Source: an uncultured Gemmatimonadales bacterium
Lineage (GTDB): Bacteria; Gemmatimonadota; Gemmatimonadetes; Gemmatimonadales; GWC2-71-9
Reading direction: 5' to 3'
NCBI GenBank assembly: GCA_963716055.1
Contig: CAVQSR010000001.1
Coordinates: 1,350,791-1,414,790, forward strand
DNA: 64,000 bases
The first letter of the stretch is position 1. Each line of letters starts with the position of its first letter. The notes under the pieces are model-generated. The model did not search any database, was not told where the DNA came from, and was given only the letters and a program-made list of their open reading frames with translations. Position numbers and translations under genes: made by a program. This document shows positions 46,997-55,977 of this stretch, piece after piece.

Positions 46997-47668
46997 TCAC
47001 ATCCGGCCAGCGGCGGTCTGGAGCGCCCCCCGGTCGCGGATCTGTATCTCCCGACGGCTTACGGTGATATGGCCTTTGGAGACGAACTCCCGCATGGTGC
47101 GGCTGACCGTCTCGCGGGAGGACCCGACCATTTGGGCGATCGTATGGTGCGTCAGGCGGCGGGTGATATGCTCGCTGCCCGAGTCGTCCGCCAGCTCGAG
47201 CAGCAGCCGAGCCACGCGGCCCGTGACGTCGAGCAGGACCAGCGAACCCACCTTTTCGTCGGCCCGCCGGAGGCGCCGGGTCAGCTCCCGCAACAGGGCG
47301 AGCGCAATCTGCGGGCTCTGCGTGAGGATGCCCTCGAAATCCTCCCGCCGGAGCACCAGCAGGTCCGAGTCCTCCATGGCGATCACGTGCGCGGATCGCG
47401 GCTCGTCGTCGAGCAGCGACATCTCTCCGAAGAAGTCGCCCTCCCCCAGCACCGAGAGAATCACCTCGCGCCCGTCGTCGCCGATGAGCACGACTTTCAC
47501 CTGCCCGGACGCCACGACGTACAGTGCATCGCCCGGATCGTCCTCGAACAGGATCACCGAGTTCTTGGGGTAGCTCTTCTCGCGGGCGACCGCGACCACC
47601 CGCTGGAGGTCAACGGGCGACAGCTGGCTGAAGAGCGGGACACGCTGCAGGACCGCCGTTACCGACAC
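46997..47668 (-). CDS. Crp/Fnr-family transcriptional regulator
   Basis: cNMP-binding domain (GDALYVVASGQVKV..FFGEMSLL) and C-terminal HTH (TIAQMVGSSRETVSRTMREF). Start reset to GTG 47668, with GGGGAAAGG upstream, because the track start overlaps the predicted -10. Confidence 0.85.
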   Translation of the reverse strand: MSVTAVLQRVPLFSQLSPVDLQRVVAVAREKSYPKNSVILFEDDPGDALYVVASGQVKVVLIGDDGREVILSVLGEGDFFGEMSLLDDEPRSAHVIAMEDSDLLVLRREDFEGILTQSPQIALALLRELTRRLRRADEKVGSLVLLDVTGRVARLLLELADDSGSEHITRRLTHHTIAQMVGSSRETVSRTMREFVSKGHITVSRREIQIRDRGALQTAAGRM

Positions 47669-47700
47669 GTTGACCTTTCCCCGGGTCCTGGAGGTCCGCA

Positions 47701-47729
47701 ACGATACGCCTAAGCTGGCTTCCTGTCAA
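47701..47729 (-). promoter_or_regulatory. Sigma-70-type promoter TTGACA-N17-TATCGT for the Crp/Fnr gene
   Basis: On the minus strand: TTGACA (47729..47724), 17-nt spacer, TATCGT (47706..47701). Confidence 0.4.
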
Positions 47730-47749
47730 TCTTTAGGCCGTTGCGGGCC

Positions 47750-47779
47750 TTGCCGCGAGCGCCGGCTTCCCTCTATATT
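47750..47779 (+). promoter_or_regulatory. Sigma-70-type promoter TTGCCG-N18-TATATT for the rpmE-prfA-prmC operon
   Basis: TTGCCG 47750-47755, 18-nt spacer, TATATT 47774-47779 (followed by G), 46 nt upstream of the rpmE GTG. Confidence 0.4.
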
Positions 47780-47825
47780 GCTCCGCTTACCGCCCCCAAC
47801 CCCCGAGAACGTCGAGGACCGAGCA

Positions 47826-48038
47826 GTGAAATCCGGCATTCACCCCACGTACCGTCGGAGCACGGTGACCTGCGCGTGCGGCAACCAGTTCGTCACGCGC
47901 TCCACGATGCCCGAGATCCACCTCGAGATCTGCGCCCGCTGCCACCCGTTCTTCACCGGGAAGCAGAAACTGATCGACACCGCGGGCCGGGTCGAGCGCT
48001 TCCGCCAAAAGTACGGCCGGGAGAAGGTCGCAGGCTGA
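47826..48038 (+). CDS. rpmE: 50S ribosomal protein L31
   Basis: GTG 47826. KSGIHPTYRRSTVTCACGNQF..CARCHPFFTGKQK matches L31 type A. Confidence 0.9.
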   Translation: MKSGIHPTYRRSTVTCACGNQFVTRSTMPEIHLEICARCHPFFTGKQKLIDTAGRVERFRQKYGREKVAG

Positions 48039-48041
48039 GCG

Positions 48042-49103
48042 GTGGACGCCCGACTCCGCCAGGCGCTCGCGCGGGCGGAGGAGGTCGCCCAGGAGTTGGC
48101 CGACCCCGACACCGCGCGGCAGCCGGCCCGGCTCAAGGCGCTGGGACGCGAGCACGCCCGGCTGGACCAAGTGCGGCGCGTCGCGGCTCGGCTCGAGGAG
48201 CTGCAGGACCAGCTCGGGCAGGCCCGTGATCTGGCGCGGGACACCGACGCCGGCTTGGCGGAGCTGGCTCGCGCGGATCTCGAGCGCCTCACGCCCGAGG
48301 TCGAACGACTGGAGCACACCCTCGACGAGCTGCTGACCCCCACCGATCCGCTGGACGATCGCGATGCCATCGTCGAGGTCCGCGCCGGCACCGGCGGCGA
48401 CGAAGCGGCGCTGTTCGCCGCGGAGCTGTTCCGCATGTACAGCCGATTCTGCGAGGCTCAAGGGTGGAAGGTCGAAGTGCTCAGCCTGTCGGAGGGCGCG
48501 CTCGGCGGGCTCAAGGAAGCGATCGTCGCGGCCCGCGGCGCCAAGGTGTTTGGCACGCTGCGCTACGAATCCGGCGTCCACCGCGTGCAGCGCGTCCCCG
48601 TCACGGAAGCGCAGGGCCGCATTCACACGTCGGCCGCGACGGTGGCGGTGCTGCCGGAGGCCGAGGACGTGGACGTCCGCCTCGAGGAGAAGGATCTCCG
48701 CATCGACGTGTTCCGCTCGTCGGGGCCGGGGGGGCAGAGCGTGAATACCACCGACAGCGCGGTGCGCGTCACCCACGTTCCGACCGGGCTCGTGGTGCAG
48801 TGCCAGGACCAGAAGTCCCAGCTGCAGAACAAGACCAAGGCGCTCGAGATCCTGCGGGCGCGGCTGCTCGATCGCATGCTGGCCGAGCAGGAGGCCGCGC
48901 GGGCGCGCGAGCGCCGGGCCCTGGTGGGCACGGGCGACCGCTCGGCCAAGATCCGCACCTACAATTTCCCGCAGAACCGCGTGACCGATCATCGCATTCA
49001 TCTCACGGTGCACAATCTCGCCGAGGTGCTGGACGGCCGCCTCGACGAGCTGATCGGTGCGCTGCGGGCGGCCGGGCGCGAGGAGCAGCGGGCCAGTGCC
49101 TGA
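48042..49103 (+). CDS. prfA: Peptide chain release factor 1
   Basis: 353 aa. PVT tripeptide region ([14 protein letters not shown]) and [16 protein letters not shown] (GGQ). Confidence 0.95.
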   Translation: MDARLRQALARAEEVAQELADPDTARQPARLKALGREHARLDQVRRVAARLEELQDQLGQARDLARDTDAGLAELARADLERLTPEVERLEHTLDELLTPTDPLDDRDAIVEVRAGTGGDEAALFAAELFRMYSRFCEAQGWKVEVLSLSEGALGGLKEAIVAARGAKVFGTLRYESGVHRVQRVPVTEAQGRIHTSAATVAVLPEAEDVDVRLEEKDLRIDVFRSSGPGGQSVNTTDSAVRVTHVPTGLVVQCQDQKSQLQNKTKALEILRARLLDRMLAEQEAARARERRALVGTGDRSAKIRTYNFPQNRVTDHRIHLTVHNLAEVLDGRLDELIGALRAAGREEQRASA

Positions 49104-49965
49104 CGGCGCCGTGGCGACCTGTGGCGACGCGCTGCGCGGGGCGGAGCGCATACTGGCGGAGGCCGGCTGGGCCGAGGCGCGGCACGAGGCCCTGCGGCTC
49201 GCCGCCGCCGCGCTCGATCGGTCTCCCGGCGTCGTGTGGCTCGGACGGGATCGACCGCTCGATCCCGCCCTCGCCCGGCGCGTCGCCGGCGCCGCGGCGG
49301 CGCGCGCGCGCGGCGTCCCGGCGGCCTACGCCACGGGCCGCGTCGCGTTCCGGACCCTGACGCTCGCGAGCGATCCGCGCGCCCTCATCCCCCGTCCGGA
49401 AACCGAAGGCCTGATCGATCTGGTTCTGCGGCACGGGGCGCGTCCGGGGGGGCTGGCTGCCGATCTCGGGACCGGTACCGGGTGCCTGGCGCTCGCCCTG
49501 GCGGTCGAAGGTGCGTTCGACCGGGTGATTGCCGTGGACCAGGACCCGGGGGCGGCGGCGCTGGCACGGGAGAACGTCGCCCGCGTCCAGCCCCCGACGC
49601 CGGTCGAGGTGCGGGAGGGCGACTGGGTGGCGCCGCTCGGTGACGCCCGTTACCGCGCCATCGTGGCCAATCCGCCATATCTCACGGCCGCCGAATGGGA
49701 CGCTCTGGATCCGACGGTCCGCGAGCACGAGCCCAAGATGGCGCTCGCGAGCGGTCCGGACGGCCTCGAGGCCACGCGCGCCGTGCTCGCCGGTGCGCGG
49801 CCCCGCCTCGAAGCGGGGGGCGTGCTCGCGATCGAGATCGACGAACGGCGCGGGCCCGCCGTCGCCCTGCTGGCGCGGCGACTCGGGTGGTCGCGCGTCA
49901 CCATCCACGACGACCTGTTCGGACGGCCGCGCTATGCCGTGGCCGTCGCGGAGGAAGCGAAGTGA
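49096..49965 (+). CDS. prmC: Release-factor glutamine N5-methyltransferase
   Basis: GTG 49096 overlaps the prfA end. [13 protein letters not shown] (SAM binding) and IVANPPYL (NPPY). Confidence 0.85.
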   Translation: MPDGAVATCGDALRGAERILAEAGWAEARHEALRLAAAALDRSPGVVWLGRDRPLDPALARRVAGAAAARARGVPAAYATGRVAFRTLTLASDPRALIPRPETEGLIDLVLRHGARPGGLAADLGTGTGCLALALAVEGAFDRVIAVDQDPGAAALARENVARVQPPTPVEVREGDWVAPLGDARYRAIVANPPYLTAAEWDALDPTVREHEPKMALASGPDGLEATRAVLAGARPRLEAGGVLAIEIDERRGPAVALLARRLGWSRVTIHDDLFGRPRYAVAVAEEAK

Positions 49966-50315
49966 TCGAAACGAAGGCGATCGAGCTGGGTCGACTGCTC
50001 GGCCAGACGGACGAATACAAGGCGCTGAAGCGGGCGGGCGAGCGCCTCAAGGAGGACTCCGACACCCAGCGGCAGCTGGCGGACGTCGAGCGGCTCGCGA
50101 TGGAACTCGACCGCACGGCCCGCTCGGGTGGTGAGCCCAAGCGCGAGGATGTCGAGCGCTACGAGACGATGGCCGCAACCGTTCAGGGGAGCCCGGTGTA
50201 TCAGTCCGTGGTGGCCGCGCAGGCCAACTTCGAGAAGCTGATGGGGCGCGTCAACGAGAAGATCTACGAGGGCATCCAGAAGGGTGCCGCGAGTCCCATC
50301 ATCACCCTGACCTGA
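49962..50315 (+). CDS. YlbF/YmcA-family (UPF0342-like) protein
   Basis: GTG 49962 (GTGA overlap). AIELGRLLGQTDEYKALKRAGERLKEDSDTQ fits the family's helical N-terminus. Assignment is tentative. Confidence 0.55.
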   Translation: MIETKAIELGRLLGQTDEYKALKRAGERLKEDSDTQRQLADVERLAMELDRTARSGGEPKREDVERYETMAATVQGSPVYQSVVAAQANFEKLMGRVNEKIYEGIQKGAASPIITLT

Positions 50316-50318
50316 CGC

Positions 50319-50951
50319 GTGCCGGGAGCCTTCATCCTCGTCGAGGGGCCGGAAGGCGCCGGCAAGACCTCGCTCGCGCGGTGGATCTCCGCGCGTCTGT
50401 TGGCGGACGGCCGCTCCGTGGTGAGCGTGCGAGAGCCGGGCGGCACGCCGGTGGCGGAGGCGGCGCGCAAGATCGCGCTGAAGTCCACGCACGATCTCGC
50501 GCCCGCCGCCGAGTTGTTCCTGATCTTGGCCGCCCGCGCGGACCTGGTGACGCGGGTGATCCAGCCCGCGCTCGACGCGGGGGACATCGTGGTGGCCGAT
50601 CGGTTCGGGCTGTCCACCCTGTGCTATCAGGTCGCGGGCCGCGGGTTGCCGCGCGCCGAAGTGACGGCGGCGCTGCAGCTGGCGATCCAGGGTGTGACGC
50701 CGGACCTCACCCTGGTGCTCGACGTCCCGGTCGCGGTGGGACGCACGCGCCAGCAGCGGGCCCGAAAAATGCAGGACCGCTTCGAGAGCGCCGACGACGC
50801 GTTTCACGAACGGGTGCGGCAGGCGTACCTTGCACATCGGGGGCCGGGCGTCGTGCACCTCGACGCCACCCAGCCCAAGCGGACGGTGCGGGAGGCCGCG
50901 TGGCAGGAAGTGGCCGCCGCGACAGATCTTTCCTTGCGAGGCAGCGCATGA
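50319..50951 (+). CDS. tmk: Thymidylate (dTMP) kinase
   Basis: FILVEGPEGAGKTS (P-loop), REPGGTP, DRF. Confidence 0.9.
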   Translation: MPGAFILVEGPEGAGKTSLARWISARLLADGRSVVSVREPGGTPVAEAARKIALKSTHDLAPAAELFLILAARADLVTRVIQPALDAGDIVVADRFGLSTLCYQVAGRGLPRAEVTAALQLAIQGVTPDLTLVLDVPVAVGRTRQQRARKMQDRFESADDAFHERVRQAYLAHRGPGVVHLDATQPKRTVREAAWQEVAAATDLSLRGSA

Positions 50952-52573
50952 GACGACAGCGGCTTTTCGTGGTGACCGGCATCGCAGCCGTGGCGCTCGC
51001 CTCGGGCGCGTGGTTCCTGCAGCGCGGCCAACCCGCGGCCGGGACCGTGTACCAGCAGGCCCGGTTGTTCGACGAGGTGCTGGCGCACGTCGCCGATTAC
51101 TACGTCGATTCCCTGGACGAGCGCCAGCTGTACCAGATGGCGATCAATGGCCTCCTGGCGCAGCTCAAGGATCCCTATTCGGAGTACCTCGAGCCCGACG
51201 ATTTCCGATCGCTGTCCGAACAGACCACGGGCAACTACGGCGGCCTGGGCATCCAGATCGACGTGCGCGACGGCTGGATTACCGTGGTGGCGCCGCTGCC
51301 GGACACGCCGGCCGAGCGGGCCGGCGTCCAGACCGGCGACCAGATCATCGCGATCGACGGGCGCTCGACCGAGGGGTACAAAAGCGACCAGGCGGTGAAA
51401 GAGCTGCGGGGCGCGCCCGGGAGCAAGATTCAGATCCGGATCCGCCGCGCCGGCGTCGAGCAGCCGCTCGAGTACGGACTGACGCGCGCGACGATCCACG
51501 TGCGCTCGGTGCAGGTGGCGCTGATGCTGAACGGCGGCGTGGGATACGTGTCCCTCAGCCCGGTGTCGAGCTCCTCCGCGCAGGAGGTCACCGAGGCGAT
51601 CACCCGGCTCCAGGGACAAGGGCTCAAGGCGCTCATCTTCGACCTGCGCGGCAACCCTGGTGGACTGCTCGACCAGGGCGTGGCCGTGACCGATCTGTTC
51701 CTCGACCGGGGTGACGCGATCGTGGCGACGCGGGGCCGCGCGCCCGGCGCGAGCGAGACCTACCGCGACAAGCAGGCGCAGCGGTGGCCCAATCTGCCGA
51801 TTGTCGTGCTGGTGAACGGCGGCTCGGCCAGCGCCGCCGAGATCATCGCCGGCGCGCTCCAGGACCACGACCGGGCGCTCCTGGTGGGCACGCCCTCTTT
51901 CGGCAAGGGCTTGGTGCAGTCGTTCTGGCGGCTCACGCCCGAGACGGGCCTGAAGCTGACCACCGCGCGCTGGTATACGCCGAGCGGGCGGACGATTCAG
52001 CGGCGCTTCACGTCCGAGTCCGAGGTCGATACCCAGTTGATCGCCGCGGCGCGCGGCGGCGACTCGCTGGCTGTCGATTCGACGGAGTTGTACCGCACGA
52101 CGGCGGGCCGCACCGTGCAGGGCGGGGGCGGCATCCGGCCCGACCTGGTGGTCGTGGCCGACACGTTCACGAGCGCCGAGCGCGCCTTCATGCGCGGGCT
52201 GGGCGCCCGAATTCCCGTGTATCGCGACGTGATCGCCTCCTACGCGCTGGAGCTGAAGGCGCAGGGCGCGGTGACGGACCCCGCGTTCACGGTCTCGGCC
52301 GCGATGGTGAGCGAGGTGCTGCGGCGCCTGGCTGCCCGCGACGCGCCGGTGGCTTCCGACGTTGCCGCCGCGGCCCGCGTGCTGATCGCGCAGGATCTGG
52401 GATACGAGACCGCGCGCTACGTGTTCGGGCGCGAGGCCGAATTCCGCCGTCGCATGGGTGACGACCGGCAGATTCAGGAGGCGCTCCGCCTCGCCGGCCG
52501 CGCCCGGACGCCGCAGGAGCTGTTGACCTTCGCCGGGGCGTCCGCCGGCGGGTCCGCGCCGGAGCGCAACTAG
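50948..52573 (+). CDS. Carboxy-terminal processing peptidase, S41 family, with PDZ domain
   Basis: ATG 50948 (ATGA overlap). PDZ (GVQTGDQIIAIDG), GGSASAAEIIAGALQD (Ser), FGKGLVQ (Lys). Confidence 0.9.
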   Translation: MRRQRLFVVTGIAAVALASGAWFLQRGQPAAGTVYQQARLFDEVLAHVADYYVDSLDERQLYQMAINGLLAQLKDPYSEYLEPDDFRSLSEQTTGNYGGLGIQIDVRDGWITVVAPLPDTPAERAGVQTGDQIIAIDGRSTEGYKSDQAVKELRGAPGSKIQIRIRRAGVEQPLEYGLTRATIHVRSVQVALMLNGGVGYVSLSPVSSSSAQEVTEAITRLQGQGLKALIFDLRGNPGGLLDQGVAVTDLFLDRGDAIVATRGRAPGASETYRDKQAQRWPNLPIVVLVNGGSASAAEIIAGALQDHDRALLVGTPSFGKGLVQSFWRLTPETGLKLTTARWYTPSGRTIQRRFTSESEVDTQLIAAARGGDSLAVDSTELYRTTAGRTVQGGGGIRPDLVVVADTFTSAERAFMRGLGARIPVYRDVIASYALELKAQGAVTDPAFTVSAAMVSEVLRRLAARDAPVASDVAAAARVLIAQDLGYETARYVFGREAEFRRRMGDDRQIQEALRLAGRARTPQELLTFAGASAGGSAPERN

Positions 52574-52580
52574 CGCGCGC

Positions 52581-53480
52581 ATGACCGGGCCCGCCGCGCC
52601 GCCCATCGGCATCATCGGCGCCGGTCGGGCGGGGACCGGCCTCGGGCTGGCGCTCGCCGGGGCGGGCTACCGGGTTCTGCTGCACGGACGGCGGGCCGCG
52701 CGGGTGCCCCCGCCGCTCACTCTCACCCTCGCCGCCGACGGCGCGCCGCCCTCCTGGGTGCCCGACGTCGGCGTGTTGCTACTCGCCGTGCGGGACGACG
52801 CGATCGGGCCGCTGGCCAAGTCCCTGTTCGCCGCCGGGTTGGTGCGCGAGTCGCATACGCTGCTGCATCTCTCGGGCGTGCTGGGGCAGGAGGCGCTCGG
52901 GCCCCTCGTGACAACCGGCGCAGCGCTCGGGTCGCTGCATCCGCTCCAGACGATCGCCGAGCCCGAGCGCGCGCCGGACCGGCTGCGGGGCGCGTGGGCG
53001 GCGGTCGAGGGCATGCCCCGCGCCGTGGCCGTGGCGGAAGACCTGGCCCGGGCGGTCGGGCTCCGCCCCTTTCGCCTCCCGGCGCGCGTCAAGCCGGTGT
53101 ACCATGCGGGCGCGGTATTCGCGTCGAACTACTTCGTGGTGGTGGAGGCGGTGGCGCAGCGGTTGCTGCGGCACGCGGGGCTCAGTGACGCCGAGGCGTG
53201 GCAGGCGCTCCTGCCGCTCGTGCAGGGGACGCTCGACAATCTCGCGCGCGACGGCCCGGCGGGGGCGCTGACCGGTCCCGTGGCCCGCGGGGACGTGGCG
53301 ACCATCGCCCGGCACCTCGAGTCGCTCACGCTCGACGACGCCAATCTGTATCGCGCGCTGGGGGCGGCGGCGCTCGAGCTGGCCCGGAAGCGGGGGATGG
53401 ACGACGCGACGGCGACTGCGATGGCCGCCGGCCTGGCGACCGATCTCCCGGTCGTGTTGCGGTCCGCGCCGCGGCCCTGA
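52581..53480 (+). CDS. Rossmann-fold / DUF2520-domain oxidoreductase-like protein
   Basis: IGIIGAGRAGTGLGLAL dinucleotide-binding motif. C-terminal ..LTGPVARGDV.. is typical of DUF2520. Confidence 0.65.
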   Translation: MTGPAAPPIGIIGAGRAGTGLGLALAGAGYRVLLHGRRAARVPPPLTLTLAADGAPPSWVPDVGVLLLAVRDDAIGPLAKSLFAAGLVRESHTLLHLSGVLGQEALGPLVTTGAALGSLHPLQTIAEPERAPDRLRGAWAAVEGMPRAVAVAEDLARAVGLRPFRLPARVKPVYHAGAVFASNYFVVVEAVAQRLLRHAGLSDAEAWQALLPLVQGTLDNLARDGPAGALTGPVARGDVATIARHLESLTLDDANLYRALGAAALELARKRGMDDATATAMAAGLATDLPVVLRSAPRP

Positions 53481-53501
53481 GCGGGTGCGCGCGGCTGCGC
53501 G

Positions 53502-54170
53502 TTACTGGTCGACGATGCGCACACCACTGGGGGGCGTGAACGTGAGCTCGCGTCCCGGCACGGCCGCGTTGGCCCGCACGCCCCGCAGCGCGACGGTCCG
53601 CCCCTGTCCGGTCCGTTCCGTGATCTCCACCCGGGCCAGCAGTCCGCTCGCCCGGTCGATCCAGATCGTCGCGTTGCGGTAGGGCGCCTCGGGATCGAGG
53701 GGTTGCAGGGCGAGCACGTCCGCGGCTCCCCCGCCGGCGAGCCGCTCCTCCCGTACCCAGCGCGCCTGGTAGCGCTCGCGGGGCCGGTCCACGAACTGGC
53801 CGATGAGATTCGGGCTGAGGCCGCCGCTTGCCGGGATGCGCGTGCGGATCACCTGGCCCGGCGTGGTGCTGGGCGTGTACAGCCACAGGTAGCGCCCGTC
53901 GGCGACGATGCGATCACCCGCGGGGTCGCTGAATCGCATCGCGAAGCGGCCGGGCGGCCGCAGGTAGAGGCGGCCATGCGTCGTGTCGGGGTCGCCGAAC
54001 AGCGGGTTGTCGACGATTTGGACGAAGTCGGCCGCCAGGGTCTCGAGCGCGGCGTAGGCGGCTGCGGCCCGGTCCAACGCCGGCCACGGGTCCTGGCCCG
54101 CGACCGGCGCCGCGCTGCCGAGGGCCAGCAGGGTGAGGGCCGCGCACACGGCCGGTCGGCGGGCGCTCAC
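53502..54170 (-). CDS. LolA-like outer-membrane lipoprotein carrier family protein
   Basis: GTG 54170 (GTGA overlap). Signal peptide, F.Q......G..YL.RPG.FRM..-type motif (FVQIVDNPLFGDPDTTHGRLYLRPPGRFAMRF), DG..LW.Y. Confidence 0.7.
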   Translation of the reverse strand: MSARRPAVCAALTLLALGSAAPVAGQDPWPALDRAAAAYAALETLAADFVQIVDNPLFGDPDTTHGRLYLRPPGRFAMRFSDPAGDRIVADGRYLWLYTPSTTPGQVIRTRIPASGGLSPNLIGQFVDRPRERYQARWVREERLAGGGAADVLALQPLDPEAPYRNATIWIDRASGLLARVEITERTGQGRTVALRGVRANAAVPGRELTFTPPSGVRIVDQ

Positions 54171-55207
54171 GCGGCGACCGGCGCCGGCTCCGCCACCCGC
54201 CGGCCGATCACCTCGGCGATGACGCGCAGCTCGCGCATCAGCTGGACGAACTGCTCGGGGTAGAGGGACTGCGCGCCGTCGGAGAGGGCCGCATCGGGCG
54301 TGGGGTGCACCTCCACCATGATCCCGTCCGCACCGGCGGCCACCGCGGCCCGCGCGATCGGCACGACCTTGTCGCGCAGCCCGGTACCGTGCGACGGATC
54401 GGCGATGATCGGCAGGTGCGACAGCTTGTGCACCACCGGAATGGCGGCGATGTCGAACAGGTTGCGCGTGGCGGTGTCGAACCCCCGCACCCCGCGCTCG
54501 CACAGGATCACGTCGCGATTGCCCTCGGCGAGTAGGTATTCCGCGGACAACAGCAGCTCCGTCACGGTCGCCGCGAGACCGCGCTTGAGCAGGACCGGCT
54601 TGCCGGCGCGCCCGGCCGCCTTGAGGAGCGAGAAGTTCTGCATGTTGCGGGCGCCGATTTGCACGATGTCCGCCACCTCGGCCACCCAGCCCACGCCGTC
54701 GGGATCGACCGCTTCGGTGCAGATGAGCAGGCCGGTTTCGTCGCGGGCGCGTGCCAGCAGCTGCAGGCCGGGACGCCCCAGCCCCTGAAACGAGTACGGT
54801 GAGCTGCGCGGTTTGAACGCCCCCCCGCGGAGGATCACGGCGCCGGCCTCCCTGACCCGTCGCGCCGCCTCCACGATCTGGTGCTCGCTCTCGACGGCAC
54901 AGGGCCCCGCGATGGCGACGATCTCCGTGTCCCCGATCGCCACCCCGCCGGGCAGGCGCACGACCGTTGCGTCGTCCTGCCACTCGCGGCTGACTTGCTT
55001 GTAGGGTTTGGAGACGTGGATGATCTCCTGCACGCCAGGCAAGGCTTCGAGGCGGGACGCGTCCACGCGGCCGTCGTTGCCGACCAGGCCGACTGCCGTC
55101 CGCTGCTTGCCCGGCATCGGCCGGGCGTGGTATCCCAGCTCCTCGATCGCGGCCACGACGCGCTTGATCTCGTCCGGCGTCGCGCCGTGCCGCATCACGA
55201 TCAGCAC
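54167..55207 (-). CDS. aroF: 3-deoxy-7-phosphoheptulonate (DAHP) synthase, class I-beta, with N-terminal regulatory domain
   Basis: Start reset to GTG 55207 (MLIVMRHGATPDEIKRVV). GPCAVES, RGGAFKPRSSPYSFQG, KRG, DPSHG. Confidence 0.85.
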   Translation of the reverse strand: MLIVMRHGATPDEIKRVVAAIEELGYHARPMPGKQRTAVGLVGNDGRVDASRLEALPGVQEIIHVSKPYKQVSREWQDDATVVRLPGGVAIGDTEIVAIAGPCAVESEHQIVEAARRVREAGAVILRGGAFKPRSSPYSFQGLGRPGLQLLARARDETGLLICTEAVDPDGVGWVAEVADIVQIGARNMQNFSLLKAAGRAGKPVLLKRGLAATVTELLLSAEYLLAEGNRDVILCERGVRGFDTATRNLFDIAAIPVVHKLSHLPIIADPSHGTGLRDKVVPIARAAVAAGADGIMVEVHPTPDAALSDGAQSLYPEQFVQLMRELRVIAEVIGRRVAEPAPVAA

Positions 55208-55977
55208 CCGGCAGCTCCTCCAATCACGAATCGGTCGCCGTCCCGGGCCGCCTGGACGGGTCCCGCAAAACGGGTCGCGGCCACTCGGGCCGGGTCCGTA
55301 GTTTCGACAGGCGGATAGAAGTGCGTCAAGACGAGGCGCTTCGTGCCCGCCGCGCGGGCCAGATCGCCTGCCCGCTCGGGGGTCAGGTGCGTGTCCATCG
55401 CCAGCGCCTCGGGCAGCGAGCACTCGGCGAGCAGCAGGTCGCAACCGGCGGCCCACGCCGCCAGCTCGTCCGATGGGCCGGTGTCACCGGTGTACACGAG
55501 GCGCCCTTCGGGTCCCGTCAGGCCGATGGCGACGCTCTCGGCGGTGTGCGGGACCGGGCACGTCTCGAGGACCACGTCGGGCCCCAGCGGAAACGGCTCA
55601 CCATGCCGGATGTCGAGGATGCCGATGCGGAATCCAGGATCCAGCAGCCACGGCCCGTACCCCTCGGCCAGCGCCCGCATCAGCTGCACCACGCCGGGCG
55701 GTCCGAGGATCACGAGCGGTTCGCGGCGCGGCGGGACCGTCGTGTACTTGAGGGCGTAGACCAGCATGGGCACTTCGGCATAGTGGTCCGGATGGAAGTG
55801 CGAGAGCACGACGTGCGTGATGGTGGACCACGGCAGGCCGAGCTGCGCGAGGCGGTGCAGCGAGCCCGGGCCGCAGTCGAGCAGGATCCGGAGGTCACCG
55901 CGCTCCACCCACTGGCAGGAGGCGGTGCGGTCTGCCGACGGCGCCACGGTTCCCGTTCCCACGGTCACGATTTGCAC
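55201..55977 (-). CDS. MBL-fold metallo-hydrolase (RNase Z/BN-like)
   Basis: GTG 55977. VQIVTVGTGT.., LSHFHPDHY (HxHxDH), C-terminal LVLTHF. Confidence 0.75.
   Translation of the reverse strand: MQIVTVGTGTVAPSADRTASCQWVERGDLRILLDCGPGSLHRLAQLGLPWSTITHVVLSHFHPDHYAEVPMLVYALKYTTVPPRREPLVILGPPGVVQLMRALAEGYGPWLLDPGFRIGILDIRHGEPFPLGPDVVLETCPVPHTAESVAIGLTGPEGRLVYTGDTGPSDELAAWAAGCDLLLAECSLPEALAMDTHLTPERAGDLARAAGTKRLVLTHFYPPVETTDPARVAATRFAGPVQAARDGDRFVIGGAAGC

Noticed and set aside
50804-52615. 603-aa minus ORF
   Set aside because: Antisense to the S41 peptidase gene.
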